Shown here piece after piece: positions 59,734 to 64,000 of a stretch of DNA of 64,000 bases. A model generated the notes under the pieces. It was not told the DNA's origin. It did not search any database and saw only the letters and a program-made list of their open reading frames with translations. The stretch's first letter is position 1. Each line of letters opens with the position of its first letter. The DNA lies in the NCBI GenBank assembly GCA_047495785.1, contig JBLDXI010000004.1, positions 2,232,001-2,296,000 on the forward strand. Reading direction: 5' to 3'. The position numbers and the translations under genes are program-made. The stretch comes from Lepidodermella squamata. Its lineage: Eukaryota > Animalia > Gastrotricha.

Positions 59734-60893
59734 TACTCGTGAACAATTTCAAAATACATAAAACTAACTTTAAACTGCTATTTCTTTGAGGTTTCAAAAG
59801 AGAAATTGATTTATCAGTTCATTGAATATCGCAGGACAGTTACCCCTCATGAGTATCGCGGAATTTTCCTTCACAAAGAATATCACCATTAAATCAACTT
59901 CCTGGTACATTGCTGGTCATTTCTCCACTGCATTCATTATTTTACAAAGCATGCAATAAGCTATGAGCACAGTGTATATATAGTGCGCAGTACTATGTAT
60001 AGAATGTCTTTCTTCCTTGTCTGCGCATTTTAGCGTAACAACATCGATATTCACGTGATTGAAGCCATTTTGCCGTTTTTTTTTCATTTTGATTTCTGAC
60101 GATATTTGGCAAATAAGTATTATTTTATACATGTAAATTGCAATATTTGTTTGGTCAACATGTCGCATCCACCTATATACGTTATGGCGCCTTTTATGTT
60201 GCATTGTATCATTTTGTGTTATTACGTTTTGGGCTAACCCCAGGTGTTTTGGGCTAACCCCAGCATTATAAATGAGGGATGCTAACAGTGTCGAGTCTAT
60301 AGATTATTAGTCCCAAGAACAATTCAGTTCTATACCGGATTTTTCATTATGATAATAAAAGATATTGATTCAAACACCTTGTCCCCCAGGCCAGTAAATT
60401 TTCTGTTCTATTGTGCGAGTCTTTCGGCCTCAGTAAAACGTTAACTGATATCGTCAGCTGATCACGCTCCTGAAACACTTGATTGAACTGTACCCAGTAC
60501 CGGTAAAAAGTACTGAGTGAAACTGGGTCTCAAAAAACGCGGTATATTATAGAAACCACGGCGCAACATTCTTGCAATAGATGATGTGTGAGATGAATAT
60601 TTTTGAGGAACGAAACTGGGTAGTACTTGTTGCAGTCCCGGCATTAGCGGCGTTATGTCTACACCCGTTCTGTTCCACGGATGAGATCGTTGAGCGCTCG
60701 AGCGTCATGCCAAATAATGATTTACTGAAATATATTTCAAGATAATCAAGATAATCAAGATGTGAATCTCAGTACAAATAGACGTCAGAATATCTTCGAG
60801 GTTAGCTAGCCAGACAAATATACAGAAATCAGCCACATTAAATTTTATTTTTCACAGTTGTTCATAGATGTATTCGAAAACATTCCTGCAACT

Positions 60894-63750
60894 TTAAATA
60901 CGCTCGCATAGGCCAGGCAAGACGCTAGAGCAAGGTTGGCGTAGGACTGACCCGTTTGATAGCACCACGCCTAAATAAGAAAAGTTAACTAGTTCAACGA
61001 CTAATAACCCGTGTGGCCTCACAGTGTATGGTGACGTCAAAAGAATTCCCGAAATAGAAGACCGTGAAGTCGAATGGCTGGCCGGTTATCCAAGAATATT
61101 CCTCTAAGGTTCGTCTACCTCCAATGAAGGCCTTCGGGGATGTAACATTGATGGTGCTCAGAGCAGCCATAGCAGCGTCGTATGTCGCCTGATCCTTGAT
61201 TATAGCAAGCCATTTTCCAAATCCATCGCAATAAGACGCCATTTGAGGCCATGTACCGGTTGAATTTGAGATTGTCATATCAGCAAGTGCCTGAGAAAAT
61301 GTTGTTCATCTGAGAATGCTACTAGGCAAAACTTACATCGCCTTCACAAAGTCCATACAACTGAGCAGGGCATGCCGTATCAACGAAGCCGGTATTTGAG
61401 AGAGCCATGCCTACAATGATCAATTTAAGCAAACAAATACTACATTTAAAACTTTTAAATGGTAAGCCTATCAGGCAAATGGGAATGGTCATATAAAGGC
61501 TTCTATTAACGTCCACATAATAACATCCTATCGAACTCACAGAATCCGGCGGCGCCAGGGCTTAGGCTATCCCAAAACGGCGAGTCGATTTGGACGAGGC
61601 TAAGATCGCTTACCCAGTTGAACTTTGTAATTAGCCCGATAAACGCTGGTGAAGTCGCAGCCTGCTGTGCCGCTATAAAATCATCTGCCGTGAAAATAGT
61701 CGCCAGGCGTCCGCCTTCCGCCTTACACGCCTCCAATTGTGGTCGAAATTGACCGCCGGCGAGCGAAGATAGAAAATATTTCGGCTGCAATTAACATAGT
61801 GGTAGTAGTGAATAGTTCAGAAATGTGTGCTCATTTTTTGGCAAAAAGCGAATAGAACCAATGTGAAAGAAATAGAATTTGCAGACCTTGGGGGCCTGAG
61901 ATTGCAAGCAGTCAGCATAGTTGCCAGCAAAGTCTGATTTCGCCCGGAAAACCGTTACCTGACAAATAGAAATCGCCGATACAATCAGATCAGATTAGGA
62001 GAACATTAATTTCGAATAATTTGCTCGAATGCATAAAAGTATAAAATGATGCAAAAAACAATCTGTCGAATTAGCCAAAATGACGCCGAATGACGATAGT
62101 CCAGTATTTTTCTTAATTTCTCACCTCGATAAACCTATAAAACAGCCTTTGGCCCGTAAATTAGGAGAGCAGGCTATTCACTATTGGTAGATTCAGCTTT
62201 GAATCAATTTGATAAAAGTTAAGCCTACCACTGTCATAGGAGACGGGCACGTATTTCGGCAAACCATTGAACCAGACGTCGAACATAGGGCAGCAGGCTG
62301 CAATATGCGAAAAATGCCACTTAAACAAAGAACATATTTCAAAAACGAACGCCTGCGACGCAGTGGAATCTGTCGATGTAAGTTCCGCTACTGTAAGACT
62401 AACAAAAAAAGTAGGAATCCATACAAAAGTGTTCCAATTTATTAAAAGCGACTATACCTGAGTCATTGTGGCTGCATCGCATGGCATCGATTGGCAGCCG
62501 ACGAAAGACCGATCGCTTTGCAGGAAACATCGATTGAAGGGCACGAAATCGGGATTATTTCGGACAACTGTATAAATAAATCAGAATAAACCTGGTTCAA
62601 GACATTGTAACTGCGAAAAAAACCGGTAAAATTACGAAAAATTAGGCTCAAGCGTGGATTTTTACGACTTATTGGTATTGACAAATTCAAACCAACTTTT
62701 CTCCCGCATCATGCAGAGTTGCATCGTTGTATGGCTGCCGATTGGGGTCTGCGTTGAAAAGAAACAAACAAAGCGAATAATTCCAGAATTTACTTTTATT
62801 AAAACCCACACCGCCGTTTGGGCACGAGCCATTGATCGGAATACACGTTCGTTGGCCGTTTTGGTCACAGACTGTCGCCGGAAAATTCTGATAAAAAGCA
62901 ACCTCAAAATTAGGAAAATAGAATAATCTTTTGAATATTGCTATGATAAGTCGAGCTATTTTTGTTTTTTCAAACGAGATTTGTGACATTTTCGACTTGT
63001 ATTCTACGTGCAATGTAATGATTTAGACTCGTGTCCGAAGATCATAGCTAGAAATATAATTGAATCTACCTGAATTTAGAATTTGAAACAAAACAAAAAA
63101 ACAAGGAACGGCAATTTTTTCTTTTAATTTACCTTTTGTTGGAATCATGATTTTAAAATTATTTTGAATTAAAACGGTTTTGAAACGGTTATATAAAAAT
63201 GTATGAACATTTTTTATTCAAGCTGCGAGAAAATTCAAAATCAAACCAAGAAATTTTTAATTGTCCGACGGCACAGATCGTACTGCGTTGCGAAGATGTC
63301 TCCGAGAAATTCAGCCGTCTGTTTTGAGGAATTAGAGGAGGCGTGGGAATTTCATGTGACATCTCAGGTGCATACCAACACTTCGTCGTCCTTATCGCAG
63401 CCAAGATTACGAGGGATGCATCGCATGTTGATTATTTTGTAGTTGAAGCAGCTTCGAGCGGCCTGAAATGCAATTTAAGGTGAGAAATTAGCCGTATATT
63501 TAAGAACTCACGCCGGATTTACAACTCGCCAACGAATTCAGCTTGAGCCCGAGCTTTATCGGATAGGGAAAATTAGAGAGGAAAATCTGACGTTGAATAA
63601 AACGCTTGCCTGAACTTCATCCTGGAATGAGCAATTATCTTTGCAGCCAGCGTAAGAATCATTCAAACGAGAGAAACATCGTTTGAATTCTTGTGAATAG
63701 GCTGATGCTGCTAGGCTCAAAATTAGGAAGATTCGTATAATTTCAGCCAT
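60894..63750 (-). CDS. Multi-exon secreted Cys-rich-repeat protein with two C-terminal C-type-lectin-like domains
   Basis: ATG 63750, signal peptide MAEIIRIFLILSLAASAYSQ; exon 1 ends 63610 with a GC donor; CTLD1 exons 61784-61541 (ACKAEGGRLATIF...FIGL) and 61410-61337; CTLD2 exons 61290-61023 (YCDGFGKWLAIIKD...FIGG...SWITG) and 60970-60894 (...GLCERI*). Confidence 0.85.
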
Positions 63751-64000
63751 TTTTTAAATGAATTTGATACAGAAAAACAAATAAAATAAAAATTAAACTG
63801 ATTTTAGAGGAGGTTTGTGTATGTGATCTTTTGTCAGGGATAAACAAATGACGAATGAGGCGCTTCTTATTCCATGTCCAAACACACAGAAGTGATAAAA
63901 ATACATCGAAAACAACATTGCAAAAAATGAGACCATCCGAAAGAAAAGGTCCCATTTAATTTCATATTATTTGTTCATTTTATTATTTTCATGGGCATGT

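Overview
Eukaryotic (probably arthropod) genomic DNA with ~50-60 nt spliceosomal introns, not prokaryotic. Positions 1-26832 are ~49 near-identical copies of a 545-bp satellite in three blocks (forward, inverted, forward). The blocks are joined by two non-reciprocal fold-back junctions. One uses a 6-bp microhomology (CAATGC) with a 291-nt loop; the other is a spacerless fold-back at the monomer's own CTGGCCAG dyad and gives an apparently perfect ~11.6-kb palindrome. The monomer is dyad-rich, has an internal ~175-bp sub-repeat and carries a CGATA/DRE-like cluster. The array ends in a degenerate monomer ~300 bp from the 3' remnant of an env-bearing LTR retroelement (env-like ORF, PPT, intact 343-bp TG...CA LTR). 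The remainder holds a minus-strand cluster of three paralogous genes for secreted Cys-rich-repeat/C-type-lectin-like proteins (one with two CTLDs, one with one, one orphan 3' fragment), a 5'-truncated RLE-type non-LTR retrotransposon, many partly nested MITEs, several with clear target-site duplications, and duplicated non-coding exon-like blocks. All comparisons were made by eye, so variant counts and exon models need computational confirmation.
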